64,000 bases of DNA from an uncultured Armatimonadetes bacterium (GCA_963716175.1 OY970296.1:768001-832000); one strand, 5' to 3'; counted from the first letter of the stretch, positions 40,917-51,549 are shown. The notes: a model not told the origin generated them from the sequence alone. Numbers and translations are program-made.

Positions 40917-41825
40917 ATGGCGAGAAGGCAGCGGCACGATGGGCGGTCGGACCAGCGGGAGCTGGCGGAGTTCCTGGGGGCGCTGGCACTGGAGGGGCGG
41001 TCGGCGCACTCGGTGCGGTCTTACCGCAGGGATCTGGAGGCGGTGCTTGCGGCGCTGCGTCGGCCGCTGGACGAAGTGCGGCCGGCGGACCTGCGGGAGT
41101 GCTTCCGCAGCCAGCAGCAGGCCGGCCGATCGCCTTCCAGCATCAACCGCGCTATTGCCGCCACGCGCTCCTTCTGCCGCTTCCTCTTCGAGGAGGGCCG
41201 ACTGGAGACGAACCCCGCGCAGGCGCTGCGCTCCATCCGCCTGGGTCCGGCGCTGGCGCCCAAGCATCTCTCCGTCGCCGAGGTTCAGCACCTGCTCTCC
41301 CTGCCTGACATCGCCACGCCGACGGGCCGGCGGGACCGCGCCATCCTGATGCTGCTCTACAATACCGGCCTGCGGGTGGGAGAGCTGTGTGCGCTGAGCC
41401 GGGAGGACGTGCGCCTGCCCGCCGAGGGCTGGGGCGCCCTGCAGGTGGTGGGCAAGGGCCGGCGGCTCCACCGGCTGCCCATCAACCGCCCCGCGGCCGA
41501 CGCCCTGCTGGGCTACCTCGCCGACCGCGAGGACCCGGAGCCGGCGCTCTTCCTGAATCGCAATGGGGATCGGTTCTCAGTGCGGGGCATTGCGCTGCTG
41601 GTGAATCGCTACCTGCGGGCGGCCGGCATCACCGATCGCTCCGGCCCACACCTGCTGCGCCACACCTTCGCCACCCATGCCCTGCGCGCCCGGCCCAACC
41701 TGCGGGCGGTGCAGGAGTTGCTGGGCCACGCCTGGGTGACGACCACCCAGCGCTACACCCATCTCGAGGTGGAGGACCTGCAGGCCCAGGTTGCCGACCT
41801 GCCGGCGAACCGCTGCGCGTCCTAG
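40917..41825 (+). CDS. XerC/XerD-like tyrosine recombinase
   Basis: SAM-like N-domain, TGLRVGEL, GKG, HLLRH, LGH..TTQRY. Confidence 0.92.
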   Translation: MARRQRHDGRSDQRELAEFLGALALEGRSAHSVRSYRRDLEAVLAALRRPLDEVRPADLRECFRSQQQAGRSPSSINRAIAATRSFCRFLFEEGRLETNPAQALRSIRLGPALAPKHLSVAEVQHLLSLPDIATPTGRRDRAILMLLYNTGLRVGELCALSREDVRLPAEGWGALQVVGKGRRLHRLPINRPAADALLGYLADREDPEPALFLNRNGDRFSVRGIALLVNRYLRAAGITDRSGPHLLRHTFATHALRARPNLRAVQELLGHAWVTTTQRYTHLEVEDLQAQVADLPANRCAS

Positions 41826-41908
41826 TCGGAGGTTGGCGCCGCTTGCTGAGCCCATACGACGCATCATGGGCTCAATGCGTCAGCACGGCGGCCCGTCCGA
41901 TCCACAGG

Positions 41909-44900
41909 CTAGAGCGACAGCTTGAACGCCCTCGCGATATACGCCGCCATCTGATCCCGCGTGCACACGTACTCGAGGTGGTACTCCCCGTCCGGGTAAC
42001 CCTGCACCACGCCGTGCGCAACGCAGTACTCGACGTGCTTGTAAGCCCAGAAGCTGGTAGCCACATCGGGGAAGGTGGGGGAGGTCGGCGGCATGTAGCT
42101 GGCCAAGCCGGCTTCTCCGGTGGGCGTCACCATGGCGCGGGCGATGAAAACCGCCATCTGGCCCCGGTCGAGTTCTACCGCAGGCGCGTAATTCCCGTTG
42201 GGATAGCCCTGCACAATGCCCTGCGCGAAGGCGTACTCCACATACCTGTAAGCCCAGTGGTCAGGCTGAACATCCGGGAAGGAGGCCTGGGCTGGGCCAG
42301 TCGGCACGTTGGCGTCGCCGGCAGCGAGCGCCCGAGAGATGTAGACGGCCATCTGGTCGCGGGTGACCGCTAGCTCGGGGTGATAGCTGCCATCGGGGTA
42401 GCCGGCGACGATCTCAGCGCGGGCGCAGGCATGGATGTAGTCCACGGCCCAATGCTCCCAGGGGACATCGGAGAACAAGGCCCACTCGGGCACGAGGTGC
42501 ACGATTTGGCTGTCATAGGCGTCTGCCACCCAGATGGAGCTGTCACCTGCATTGACAGCTACCGCTACCGGATAGTCAAACTGGAGATCAACCATGAGAG
42601 CAGACCCATCTGCAGCCAGGTGGGCCAACCAGCCCCACCCGTCCGTTACCCAGCAGGAACCGTCTGCAGGGTTCGCGGCCACCGCCGTGATATCCACAAG
42701 CCCAGCCGTACAGGACAGGGGCTCCCCTTCCTTGCTGATATGCGCCACCGCGCAGGAGTCGGCGATCCAGCACGAGCCGTCGGAGGTGTTGACGCCCACC
42801 CCGCCGCGCCCGGACGGGAAACCTCTCCAAAGCTCGGTGCCGTCGGCGGCCAGGTGGACAGCATAGTCATCATCAGGCCACGACGAGCCAGTGCCGACCC
42901 AGCAGGACCCATCGGAGGGGTCAGAGGATACTGCGACGGCGGCAAAGCCGCCATGCCGCCACACTTCACTGGCGTCAGAGCTGTAGTGCACAACGCGGTT
43001 CTCGTCCGAATAGGCTACCCAACACGAGCCATCAACCGGGCTTGCAGAGGCAGACGACGGAACCGTGTAGTCCCATTCAGGATGGGCCTCATAGGAGTTT
43101 CCCAGTTCCGCGCCATTCTCCGCAAAGTGGACAACCATGAATCCGCCGGAGTAGCCAATCGAAGTGTCGTAGAGGACCGACCCAGCCGCCCAGCAAGATC
43201 CATCCGTAGGGTCCACGGACACGTAGGCGCAATCGAACGACAAGATTGAGTCTTCCGGGAAGCTGTGTGTCCCTCTCCAGAGCACTCTACCGTCGCTGGC
43301 AAGATGCATGACCTCGAATCCGCAGGCAAGCCAGCAGCTTCCGTCAACAGGGTCAACCGACGCACTCGTGGCTCCGATCTCTTCCTCCCAGAGCAGGCCG
43401 CCATCGGCGGAGACGTGACTGACCTTGTTCGGATATCCGTAGAGGTTGGGGAAGGTTACCACCCAGCACGACCCATCCGACGAGTTCACGGACACTCCCA
43501 CGATCCCCTCGAAGTTGCCCCGCCACAGCTCAGTACCGTCTGCCGCGAAGTGGTAGAGCAGGCCATACCCGAGGGTCGGGCTCAAGCCGTAGTCGGCTAT
43601 CCAGCACGAACCGTCGGCCCCGTTGACTGCGAGATCCCTGACCTCAGACCAACCCTCCAGACTCCCTCGCCAAAGCTCCCGCCCGTCACCGGCCAAATGC
43701 ACAATCTGAGTAACGCTGTCGCGACCATCGGCAACCCAGACTGACCCGTCTCTGGAGTCGACCGCGATGGCGTGCGGCCAGTAGTTGAAGTTGCCGCCTC
43801 GCCAGATGGTCTGCCCGTCAGCCGCAAGATGCACGAGTCGGCAGTTGTCTGCGTCGGTGATCCAACAGGAGCCATCACGAGGATCAACTGCGGCCTCCGT
43901 CGGTGACAGGAATCCCTCGTGGTAGCGCACTAGCAGCGTCCCGTCGCTGCCAAACCGCACCGCGTTCTGAAGCCCGCCATCGGCTGCCCAACACGAGCCA
44001 TCCGTGGGGTCGGCCGAGACGGCGCGCAGGCCCGAGTTCAGGAAGGGATCGGAGAAGTAGGAGGCATCCAGAACAAGATTCCCGTCGCTGTCGAGGCGTT
44101 GGATAGCCCCGCTCGGTGGCGCTGCCAGCCAGCAGGATCCGTCACTCGCGTCCACTGACAGGGAGGATACATCGCGTAGGAATGCCGCTGTGCTCACCCA
44201 CCGCGTCGAGCCGTCGGAGGCAAGACAGGTGATGGCCTCACTGGTCCTGTCGGCGACTCGGCACGAACCATCCCGCGGGTCAACGGACACCGAGATCGGC
44301 CCGCGGAACCCGTCGTAGTAGTCCAGCCCTTCACTGAAGCTGGCATCCCAGCGACAGATATACTGGGGGCTCATTTCGGCCACCCAGCAGGAGCTATCAC
44401 GCGGGTCAACGCACACTGAGATCGGGGCGCCAAAGCCCCTCACCAAGTCCACGCTCCCGAGTGCCAGCAGAGCAACGCTGTTGTGCCCGCTGTCGGCGAC
44501 CCAGCAACGCCCGTTATTGGGGTCCACTGAGAGGGACTGCGTCCCGTAGCCCATGGACCCCCAGAGATGCCAGGTGCCCATGAGCGTGCCGTCCCGTGAC
44601 ACCCGCTCTACGCACTCGCCCTCCCATTCGAATATAGAGCCTATATAGCATGAGCGGTCCGCCGGGTATACGCCTAATCCCGTCGCTCCCCATGCTGGCA
44701 CAGTGAGCAGTTCCTCCCCTTGGGGGGAGAGAAGAACGACTTGGTCATGCTCTGGATCGGCGACCCAGCAGGAGCCGTCACTGGGATCTACGGCGACCGC
44801 CGAGGCGGAAGCGAACTCATCTCCTCGCCAGAGCACGGTGCCCTCCTTCGAGAGGTGGAGTACTGCGCCGTTCGATTCCCCGGCTGCCAGGTCGCCGCCG

Positions 44901-45383
44901 GTCCCCGAGTCCTCACTGCCCCAGCCGGGATCGGCCACCCAACACGATCCGTCTCTGGGATCGACGGACAGTCGCCAGGGCGTGGACAGCCCCCTCCACT
45001 CCTGGAGCATGGCGCCGTCTGCAGCCAGGCGGACCACTCGGCCGTTGAACGTGTCCGCGACCCAGCATGACCCGTCCGTCGGGTCGGCCGCCACAGCCTG
45101 GGGGCTGAGGAAACCATTGCTCTGCGTGACTACCGCGCCTTCGGGCCGTGAAGTGCATCACGCTGCTTCCCGTGGCCGCCCAGCAGGAGCCATCCCGGGG
45201 ATCCACGGAGACTGACCACGGGGTACCGAAGGGGCTTCGCCACACCTCCAGGGCGCGCTCATCGTTGGCGAGTGCAATAGGGGACAGGGCCAGGAACAGC
45301 GCGATGGCAAGGGACAGGGAAATCCCGAAACCCGCGAGTCTCCTATAGCCCTGCCGTGAGACCGGAATTGCGGCCTGCCCCAT
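41909..45383 (-). CDS. Secreted beta-propeller repeat protein with three C-terminal SLH domains; +1 frameshift near 45144
   Basis: About 21 VDPxDGSCW repeats; FSDV..HWA..GYPDG.Y.P..VTRDQMA three times; the signal peptide lies in ORF 44913-45383. Confidence 0.85.
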
Positions 45384-45759
45384 TGGTCACCTCTCTGTTC
45401 CGCCGAGAACCGTCGTCCCGCAGTAGCGCTAGGATTATACCAGACCGTTGGCATTGGGTGTCTAGGCCTGGCTCAATCCGAAGGCGCGCTTCCCTCGGAA
45501 CCCAACGGCCACGTCGTGATCTCGGAATGGACGCGTCGGAGCGTAGCGATGCTGGCTGACGGCGCAGTGGTAGCTCTTCTCGCAGTGGTGACCGCGGCCG
45601 CACCATACTCGGCCTCTGCCCGCCCAGGCCGGGAGCACCAATTGGACCGGTGGAGTGCCGTAAGAGTGCCGCTCCCCCTACCGCCACCCCGCTGCCGAGC
45701 GCGGCCCTTAAGCGGACGTGGGCCGCCGTTCTGGGCAGGAACGGGCAGCAGGCGCAGCA

Positions 45760-46221
45760 CTAGGCGCTTTCGCCCGAGACCTGGCCGAGGTCCAGATGGG
45801 TCCGTCGGCTCTCGGGGCAAGGCGGCGGGCCGTTTTCCGCCGATTCGGCCCCAAGCGCCGCCTCCAGCCCGATCTCCCCCGCCAGCGCCGCCCGCAGCGC
45901 CGCGATCTGCTCGCTCTGGGCCGCGTCTGTGAGCTCCAATTCGTGCCTGGGCTCCCGCTGGCCCAGGATCTGCTTGCCCAGCCAGATCTGCATCACCACG
46001 TTGCCCTTGCTGGCTGACTGCCACTGCAGCCGGCGCAAGCTCATTCGGCCCGCCTCCCGCCCCTTTTCTATCACCCCAACTAACTCCGCCTGGCGCCGCT
46101 TGCGCTTGCGGAAGCCTTCGGGTGTGAAGCCGAGCACGGAGGCGATCTCCGCATCCGTGCACTGGATGCGAGCCAGGTCCTCCACCAGCTTCAGGTCAAC
46201 GGGCTTTGCGGGTCTAGCCAT
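45760..46221 (-). CDS. Phage small-terminase-like HTH protein
   Basis: VEDLARIQCTDAEIASVLG...SLRRLQW..A.KGNVVMQIWLGKQ.LGQ. Confidence 0.65.
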   Translation of the reverse strand: MARPAKPVDLKLVEDLARIQCTDAEIASVLGFTPEGFRKRKRRQAELVGVIEKGREAGRMSLRRLQWQSASKGNVVMQIWLGKQILGQREPRHELELTDAAQSEQIAALRAALAGEIGLEAALGAESAENGPPPCPESRRTHLDLGQVSGESA

Positions 46222-46430
46222 CTGCTCTCACCGCCGCTCGGTTGCAGTCATCTGGGCCGTCCTGCGTTGCCCTCACCATGAGACAGTCAGCATAGTCTGG
46301 CCCCAGCAGGCATTCGGTGGGCATTCCCCGCCGCACGTAGCTGAGCTGCCAGCCCTCGCGCTCATAGCAAGCCACCTCGTAGGCCCACACGCGAATCCAC
46401 TCCGTGGCAGCATCGCGGGCCACACCCACC

Positions 46431-47735
46431 TCACTCGACACGGACGGCCTCCTGCCCGGTGAAGGACTCCCACCGGGAGAGGATGACATCGCAGTATCTG
46501 GCATCCAGGTCGAAGCCGAAACAGCGCCGGCCAGTCCGTTCAGCGGCGATGATGGCGGTCCCCGATCCCAGGAAGGCGTCAACAACCAACTGCCCCAGTT
46601 CGGTGGCATTGGCGATGGTGCGTTCGATCAAGGGCACGGGTTTCATGGTAGGGTGCAGGTCGTTGGACAGGGGCTTATCGTGTTCCCACACCGTGCGCTC
46701 GTTGGTGGGGCCGTGCCAGCGCGGGGCCTGGCCTTGCTTGTGGGCGTAGAAGCAGGGCTCGTACCAGTGCTTGTACTGGGCGAACAGTGCGCCCGCGCCG
46801 TTGTTCTTCACCCACACCAGGAGGTTCCGTTCCTGCCAGCCAGTCTCAGCCATGCAGTCCAGCACATCCCGCAGATGCGAGCTCGCGAACCAGAGGTAGA
46901 GGGGCGCCTTGTCATCTGAGTGCTGATGGGCCAGACCCAGGCTGGCGGTGAGCAGGTGGCGATATTCGTCATCGGTGAGGTCGTCCCAGTAGGCGTCGCC
47001 TTCTTGTCCCTGGGCGCCTCGGCGCTTGGCCCCTATGCGCTCCTCCTGAGCAGCTCTTCCGCCGAGGTAGTTGATGGCGTAAGGTGGGTCCGTGATGATG
47101 GCGTGAGCAGTTTCGCCGGCCATCAACCGCACCCAATTCGCAGGGTCGGTGGCGTCACCGCACAGCAGCCGATGCCGGCCTAGCTGCCAGAGCTCTCCTG
47201 GCTGCACCCGCGTCGGCCCCTGCTGCCGCTCGGCCTCCGCCATTGCCCGCTCGGCGTCGAAGGTCTCCTCCTGGCCCTGCTTCTCCCCCGCCTCCAGCCG
47301 CAGCAGCAACTCATTGAGATCATCCTGCCCCCAGCCCGCGGCAGTGAGCTGATCCTGCGCCTCCAGGTCGCGAAGCAGGGTTGCCAGGGCAGCCTCATCA
47401 TCCTCGGCCAGATCGCTGGCGCGGTTGTCGATGGCGAGGAACGCCTCCGGGTAGGGGCCGTCGTAGACGTGGCAGGCGATCTCGGCCCAGCCTTCGGCCC
47501 GCGCCGCCTCCACCAGACCATGACCCGCGAGGATGGTGCCATCCGGTGTGATCACCACCGGCTTCTGCTGGCCATGGATGCGTAGCGACTCTCGCAGGAT
47601 GGCGAGCTGGTGCTCTGGATGGCGGCGGTAGTTGCGCGGGTGGGGGAGCAAGCTGCTGATGGCCCGCCTCTCAATGGTCAGGTGAAGGTCCGTGCTCGCG
47701 GCGCCTTCTCTCGTTTCGGCCTGCTGTGATGTCAT
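46431..47735 (-). CDS. ParB-like N-domain plus beta-class DNA methyltransferase (phage type)
   Basis: HPRNYRRH..ILAGHG..AA; ITDPPY, HPTMKP, DAFLGSGT. Confidence 0.92.
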   Translation of the reverse strand: MTSQQAETREGAASTDLHLTIERRAISSLLPHPRNYRRHPEHQLAILRESLRIHGQQKPVVITPDGTILAGHGLVEAARAEGWAEIACHVYDGPYPEAFLAIDNRASDLAEDDEAALATLLRDLEAQDQLTAAGWGQDDLNELLLRLEAGEKQGQEETFDAERAMAEAERQQGPTRVQPGELWQLGRHRLLCGDATDPANWVRLMAGETAHAIITDPPYAINYLGGRAAQEERIGAKRRGAQGQEGDAYWDDLTDDEYRHLLTASLGLAHQHSDDKAPLYLWFASSHLRDVLDCMAETGWQERNLLVWVKNNGAGALFAQYKHWYEPCFYAHKQGQAPRWHGPTNERTVWEHDKPLSNDLHPTMKPVPLIERTIANATELGQLVVDAFLGSGTAIIAAERTGRRCFGFDLDARYCDVILSRWESFTGQEAVRVE

Positions 47736-47756
47736 CTCAGTGACTCCTATAATGCT

Positions 47757-47992
47757 GCAACTTGGATATCCGTACTGGTTTCACCAGTATGGAGTGGGTT
47801 ATAGTCTCCGGGCCGGGGCGTCGGGCGCGAGGTCTTCATTTCAGTTACGGCGCGACCGAGAAGAGGAGAATGACCCCTCGGCGACCGGTCCGGAGCTTGG
47901 ATTGCAACCTGCGGCACGACCGCGCAATTCAGGAGTCGAAGCGGGACCGGAGGCGACGAGGAGCTCCCGCGCTGGCGGCAGATCCATTGCCG
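47757..47992 (+). ncRNA. Putative bridge-RNA-like leader of IS110 copy 2
   Basis: Nearly identical structured leader to copy 1. Confidence 0.6.
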
Positions 47993-48004
47993 AGGAGGTG
48001 GTGT

Positions 48005-49432
48005 ATGGCGGAAGCGAGGTTGTTGTGCGTGGGCATCGATGTCTCGTCGCGCTCCCTGGAGGTCGGCTTCTGCGATGGCAGCGGAGCGCCCATCGGCGGC
48101 GTGCAGTCCTTCCCCAACGACGCGACCGGCGCGGCCGCGCTCGGCGAGGCCGTGATGGTGATCGCACGCGCGTGCGGTCGCGGCACCCAGGTGATGGCGG
48201 CGGTGGAGTCCACCGGCGAATATCATCGGGTGGCGGCGAAGGCGCTGCGGGCAGAGACGCGTCGGACGATCCAGGTGCACGTGCTCAATCCCCGCGAGGT
48301 CAAGTGGTTCCGCAAGCTGGAGCTCAAGGACACCAAGACCGACCGGGTGGATGCCGAGCTGATCGCCCGATTCCTGGCGAAGATCCGCCCCCAGCCCCGC
48401 GCCCCCATGCCCGAGGGATTCGAAGCGCTCCAGGATGCCACTCGCACCCGGCGCCGCTGCGTGGAGGATCGCACCTCGCTCAAGAATCGGCTCCACCGGC
48501 TGCTGCGCACTCACTTCCCCGGCTATCGGGAAACGCTGGGTGCCAAGTTCAGCGTCCGCACCCTGGTGGCGCTGGCCGCCTGCCCCTCGCCCCAGGAGCT
48601 GCTCCGGCGGGGTGAGGCTCGCCTGAGTGAGTTGCGCAACTCCGACGGCAAGCGTGTCGGAGCCGCCTTCGCCCGGAAACTGATCGCCCTGGCGAAAGCT
48701 GCCCCCGCGCGCCAACTGCCGATGATGGCGCGTCTCTCCATCCAGGACGCGGCCGTCCGCATCCTGCAACTGAATCGTTTCCTTCACGGCATGGACGCAG
48801 CCGTCGCCCAGGAGCTGGAGCGGCTCTTCCCAGATACGGTTCTGGCTTCGGTGCCGGGCCTGGGCCCGGTCTCGGTGGCTTCCATCCTGGCCGAGACAGC
48901 CGACATCCGTCGCTTCCCGCACAAAGAGACTTTCGTGGGCTACTGTGGGCTCTATCCCATTGCCTGGGAGAGCGGAGACACCAAGCTGCGCTTCCGCATG
49001 ACCCGCAAGGGCAACCGCATGCTGAAGATGACTCTGCTGGTGGCCTGGGCCGCCGCCCGCCAATACAACCCGGCGATCCGCCACTTCTACGCCCGCCTGC
49101 GAGCCCGAGGCAAATCCAAGAAAGCAGCCGGAGGTGCCATCGCCCGAAAGATGGCTGAGATCGTCTGGGCCGTGCTCACCTTCAATCAACCTTGGTCGGA
49201 AGAGATCGCCCTGCGCGGAATCGCTCGGGGAGAAGAGATGGCCCAGACACCGAAGGGGGAGCGACGCCTCACTGGAGATGCCGCGGGTCAAGCCCCGATG
49301 CAATCGGGACGACCACTCAAGGCGGCGTCGAGGTCTCGCGCTCCCCAGCGTAATTCTACCATCAGCGCTGGGAAAAACAAGCCGCCACATCTCCAACTTA
49401 CTCGCTATGCCAGAGGCACGATTACCCCTTGA
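48005..49432 (+). CDS. IS110-family DEDD recombinase/transposase (475 aa)
   Basis: GIDVS, VESTG, KTDRVDA, SVPGLG, WESG, KGNR; GAGGAGG RBS. Confidence 0.95.
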   Translation: MAEARLLCVGIDVSSRSLEVGFCDGSGAPIGGVQSFPNDATGAAALGEAVMVIARACGRGTQVMAAVESTGEYHRVAAKALRAETRRTIQVHVLNPREVKWFRKLELKDTKTDRVDAELIARFLAKIRPQPRAPMPEGFEALQDATRTRRRCVEDRTSLKNRLHRLLRTHFPGYRETLGAKFSVRTLVALAACPSPQELLRRGEARLSELRNSDGKRVGAAFARKLIALAKAAPARQLPMMARLSIQDAAVRILQLNRFLHGMDAAVAQELERLFPDTVLASVPGLGPVSVASILAETADIRRFPHKETFVGYCGLYPIAWESGDTKLRFRMTRKGNRMLKMTLLVAWAAARQYNPAIRHFYARLRARGKSKKAAGGAIARKMAEIVWAVLTFNQPWSEEIALRGIARGEEMAQTPKGERRLTGDAAGQAPMQSGRPLKAASRSRAPQRNSTISAGKNKPPHLQLTRYARGTITP

Positions 49433-49434
49433 CA

Positions 49435-50016
49435 TCAGTTATTGCATCTCCTCTCTCGAATCTGCGACGCGGCCGGCAGGCACGTCGGGCAGCGAAAGTC
49501 CAGGTCCTGGGCGGCGCACCGCAGCGCCAGCCCGGCGATCACCATCACATCGGCGCACTTCGGGCGGGGCGCGATGTAGGCGGGACGCTCCCCCTCCGGG
49601 TAGGAGAGCCATTCATGGGCGCAGCGGTAGAGGTCGACGTGCCGGTAGCCGCCCGAGATGTCAGCGTCCCACTTCGCACCGCGCACCGCGAGCAGCTCAT
49701 CCAGCACTGGCCGCAGCGCATTCACCGCCGCCCGGTAGGAGTGCACATCGGCCCAGACAGCGCAGTCCAACGCTCTCAGCAGGGCCCCGCGCAGCGGTTC
49801 GGCCGCCGGCGCAATGTGCATCTGCCGGACGTGCTCTGCGATCACCTGAGGGCCGGTAAGATCGAAGGCCTCGGCCTTCGGTCCATAGCTGCCGACCAGC
49901 GCCAGCATCAGGCAGACCCACTCCTTCACGCCAGGAAGCGCGCCGCCCCGCCGGCGCACTAGCTCGCGCACCTCCTGTCCCAGTGCCGCGATCTCGTGCT
50001 GCAGATCACTGCGCAC
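49435..50016 (-). CDS. Hypothetical protein, paralog of 50006-50806
   Basis: Shared EIAAL..EVRELVR.RG..LP and APAAE.LR; last codons replaced by the IS110 end. Confidence 0.7.
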   Translation of the reverse strand: MRSDLQHEIAALGQEVRELVRRRGGALPGVKEWVCLMLALVGSYGPKAEAFDLTGPQVIAEHVRQMHIAPAAEPLRGALLRALDCAVWADVHSYRAAVNALRPVLDELLAVRGAKWDADISGGYRHVDLYRCAHEWLSYPEGERPAYIAPRPKCADVMVIAGLALRCAAQDLDFRCPTCLPAASQIRERRCNN

Positions 50017-50806
50017 TGCTGGAACCCTCCGCGATCATCTCCGGCGCCGCGCCAAGTCCGCCCTGCTTCGCCTGCCACTCGCGGAGGCGGGAAAGTGAGA
50101 ACCTAATGTGTCCCTCCGGCCATTCCGCGTCCGGGGGCACCGGCCAGCTGTCCACGATCAGCGCTTCTGCTGCAGGCAGCGTGTGTTGAGTGACCTCCCG
50201 CTGCCACATCTGCTCTGACATGCCCGTCTGGCCGCGCCGGTGTGAGTCCTCCTGGTACTCTCGCCAACCGGTCTGCCAGAGTCGCCATAGCCACACATCC
50301 TCCACCGCACAGCCCAGCGCGCGCCCGGCCCACACCAGCACCTGCCAGCGCGTAAGCTTGGGCACTGCTGAACGTACGTACTCGACTGGGTCCACTCCGC
50401 TGCGCCAAGCAGGCGGGTAGCACTCCTCTGCTGCATGCAGGCCTCGCCACTTCGGGGCCCGCGCCTCCAGCAGTGCAACCAGCGCCTCCCTCAGCCGCTG
50501 CGAGGCGCGCTTGAATGCCGACAGATCGCCTTGGCCAACTGCCTGCCACGTGGTGACCACGCATGATCTCAAGGTCTCGGCCGCCGGCGCGAGCTGCAGC
50601 TCGCCCACTGCCTCCCCAATCCACGCTGTCCCCCGGAGGTCCGCCGCCTTCGCCAGCTCGCGGGCGCGATCATAGCCGAAGGCCGCCACGATGAAACTGA
50701 CCAGTGTATCCACGTCGGGCAGCCCCGCGCCGCGCTTGCGCACGAGCTCGCGCACCTCGGTGGCCAGCGCCGCGATCTCCTCCGCGATCTTAGCCCTGGT
50801 TCGCAT
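50006..50806 (-). CDS. Hypothetical protein
   Basis: GGAGGAGG RBS; overlaps its neighbours; paralog of the downstream gene. Confidence 0.7.
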   Translation of the reverse strand: MRTRAKIAEEIAALATEVRELVRKRGAGLPDVDTLVSFIVAAFGYDRARELAKAADLRGTAWIGEAVGELQLAPAAETLRSCVVTTWQAVGQGDLSAFKRASQRLREALVALLEARAPKWRGLHAAEECYPPAWRSGVDPVEYVRSAVPKLTRWQVLVWAGRALGCAVEDVWLWRLWQTGWREYQEDSHRRGQTGMSEQMWQREVTQHTLPAAEALIVDSWPVPPDAEWPEGHIRFSLSRLREWQAKQGGLGAAPEMIAEGSSSAQ

Positions 50807-51230
50807 CCCCCTCCTCCCTCACCACCTTCAGGTCGGCCTTGATCGCCTCGATCTGGGCTTGCAGCTCGCCCAGGGCGAACGTCTCCAGCAGCTTCGCACA
50901 GCCGTTGACGGTGGAGTCGCAGCGGGGGCGGTCCAGCTTGCCGTCGAGCATCAGCTGCAGCGCCTGCCTGGCTGTCTCCTTGCACTCCTGGGGCGTGCCC
51001 ACCAGCACCACCAAGCCAGAGGGTTTCAGCGAGGCCAGCCGCGCCAGCCCCCCGGCGCGTCGGGCATCGGCCATGATCTTCTTCGCCTCTGCCTGCTGGC
51101 TGTGGAACAGGCAAAACGGCTGGCCTGGCATCGGCAGCGCCCGACACGGCTGCCCGCTTGCCGTCAAGGCCGCGCACGCCGTGCTGCTGGACGTGCTGGC
51201 TGCGCCTGGTTCCGGCATCTCCTCAGTCAT
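50790..51230 (-). CDS. Small C3H zinc-finger protein (phage type)
   Basis: CAALTASGQPC.......FCLFH plus a helical C-terminus. Confidence 0.7.
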   Translation of the reverse strand: MTEEMPEPGAASTSSSTACAALTASGQPCRALPMPGQPFCLFHSQQAEAKKIMADARRAGGLARLASLKPSGLVVLVGTPQECKETARQALQLMLDGKLDRPRCDSTVNGCAKLLETFALGELQAQIEAIKADLKVVREEGDANQG

Positions 51231-51549
51231 CCGCGGTCACCCCTGGCTTGCCCGACGAGGGCCTCTGCGGCTGAGAGAGACCGTCGCGCAATGCGGCCGC
51301 GCGACACTCCGCGGGACAGGCCTGCTTGCGCGATGATGGAAAGCCGCCCTCAGCGGCCGGAAAACGCCGGTTTTCGCCTCTATCTCGGTCCTCAAGGGCT
51401 ATCTACCGGAGATAGCGCAAAGTGTCGGACGGAGACAGCGACCGTCCCTTTCGCACCCCAGCGAGGGCGGCCAGATGTCTGGGCGGCCTGGCCCTCGCGA
51501 GGTCCGGCGCAGGCCCGGCAGCAGAAAAGTGGGGAACATGCTGCACTTT

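Larger units (their letters stand above)
47744..49452 (+). mobile_element. IS110-family element, copy 2 (intact)
   Basis: CTCCT core at both ends; TATAAT at 47748, TTGACA at 49429. Confidence 0.95.

Noticed and set aside
40917-41825. Integron integrase with a cassette array
   Set aside because: No IntI-specific insertion is evident before the HxxR motif, and no canonical attC sites were found
41909-45094. Diversity-generating retroelement target
   Set aside because: No reverse transcriptase and no adenine-specific template/variable repeat pair in the window
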